Shown one piece after another: positions 62,615 to 64,000 of a stretch of DNA of 64,000 bases. Under the pieces are notes generated by a model that was not told the origin of the DNA, did no database searches, and was given only the letters and a program-made list of their open reading frames with translations. Source of the stretch: Felis catus (lineage: Eukaryota); assembly GCF_018350175.1 (NCBI RefSeq), contig NC_058368.1:159094001-159158000 (forward strand), given 5' to 3'. Numbering within the stretch: position 1 is the stretch's first letter; the number at the start of each line of letters is the position of its first letter. A program made the position numbers and the translations under genes.

Positions 62615-63390
62615 CATTCATGCCAAATTATTTAGCATAAATTTGTTATCTAACATATCCGGTGTTGTTTTGGGTGCCAGAGATAGAAAAAAATTTACCC
62701 TAAAAAAGCTTACATTGTAAAAGAAAGACCAAAAAAATAAGACGAAAATCAACAACATGGTTTCAGATGATAAAGACTACAAATGAGATAAAACAAGCTA
62801 AGGAGATGGGAGAATGATGTGGAATACGAAGTGTAATTTGCAAGTGGTCAGTGTAGTCTGAATGATGCAAAGAAAAATAGGCCATATGAGAACTTGTAGA
62901 TGAAATATTCCAGATAGAGGGAACAGAAAGAGAAAGGCAGGAGGTAGGCAGGAGCTTGGCACGTTTGTGGATAAAGAAATGGGCATTAGAGTGATTGAGC
63001 AGAGTGTACTAGAGGGAGATGGTAGAAGATGAGGGGAGAATGGTAGCTAAGAGCCATCTTATACTGGCCCTCCTCGTCATGGTAAAGAATGTATATTTTA
63101 TTCTAAGTGTTGTGAGAATCCACTGGAAGGTTTTAGCACCGGAATGTAGTTTTGTAAAGACCTCTCTGGCTGCTGGGTTGAGGATAGACGCACAAGAACA
63201 AGAATGGAAACAAATGAGATAGGATAGTGAATCAGAGTCAGTGGAGGTAACAGCTGTAAGGCTTGGGGTGCATTTTGAAGTTTCAATAGGCAGTTAATTC
63301 TGATGTGTTAGAGGAGGGAAGTGAAAGAAAAAGAGGAGTCAAAGATGGTGCTTGTATTTTGGTTGTCAGCATGGAAGGTAGTGTTAGCCT
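62615..63390 (-). mobile_element. L2a-like 3' region
   Basis: attccagatagagggaacag...ggcaggagcttggcacgtt...catggtaaagaa...ttttattctaagtg...cactggaaggtttt...ctctggctgctg...gaggagtcaaagatg. Confidence 0.85.
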
Positions 63391-63774
63391 AAAATAAATG
63401 CATGCAAAGTTTACCATCATGACAAAAAAAGGAGGGGGTGGGGAGACATATACTAAATCCTCAGTGAAAAGCAAGAAAAATGAAGATAGAGGTTGGAAAA
63501 AAAAAAGCAAATATTGGGATGCTTGGCAGGATCATACTAAGTAACTTGGAATCTTCCAAACACATAAGCACACCGCAGCAAGCAATCATTTGTAATAACG
63601 GATTAAGGGATGAAGATGCTAACTATGCAACATGGAAACTCTGTAGCCATACAAAACTTTATGGTTTGTATCTTGAATTGTTAGACTGAAGTTGAAACTT
63701 CAAAATGAATAAAAGAACATTTTAGTAAAAAACAAGTAGAGATAATTTGGATAAAAAGAAAGCAACTGGTAATG

Positions 63775-63814
63775 ATAATCTGGTTTACAAAATATAATCT
63801 GGTTTACAAAATAT
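63775..63814. repeat. Perfect 19-bp tandem duplication (ataatctggtttacaaaat)x2
   Basis: Copies at 63775-63793 and 63794-63812. Confidence 0.95.
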
Positions 63815-64000
63815 GATTTGTTCTGTTTCTGGTAGAAGGCATTTAGAAATCTGCTAACCAGAATACATTCAGCTATCTGTCATTTTGGAGGTCGGATCCA
63901 AAAGGCCATGGGTAATATTTTACATAATAAGAAAACAAAAGGTCAACATATCACACATAAACAACAGAATTTGATTTGACCACGGGTATACAAAATAATA

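Noticed and set aside
1..64000. Novel multi-gene system, CRISPR array or prokaryote-style operon
   Set aside because: This is mammalian repeat-rich DNA. There is no regularly spaced repeat-spacer array, no ORF longer than 142 aa, and no recognisable host protein domain.

Overview
This is AT-rich, CpG-depleted, non-coding mammalian DNA from a felid, most likely the domestic cat or a close relative. The assignment rests on about 27 tRNA-derived Can-SINEs, five of them near-consensus felid-type SINEC_Fc copies with intact CpGs and perfect target-site duplications. I found no protein-coding exon, RNA gene, CpG island, CRISPR array or prokaryote-type system. The ORF-track entries come from SINE, L1 or LTR sequence or are chance ORFs. 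The window is a layered transposon record: Can-SINEs, L1 (carnivore-type, L1MB/MC/ME), L2, MIR, MaLR/ERVL/ERV1 LTRs, two ERVL pol fossils and hAT DNA transposons, with several nested insertions. L1 and LTR elements lie mostly on the minus strand, which suggests an intron of a + strand gene (inference). The best leads are a fragmented Charlie10/MER5C-type element containing a probable L1 3' transduction, a two-LTR MLT1G element, young SINE/L1 insertions that may be polymorphic, and several repeat-free candidate enhancers or cryptic exons. I do not see a previously undescribed biological system. Repeat family names come from my recall of consensus sequences rather than a database search, and boundaries of old elements are approximate.
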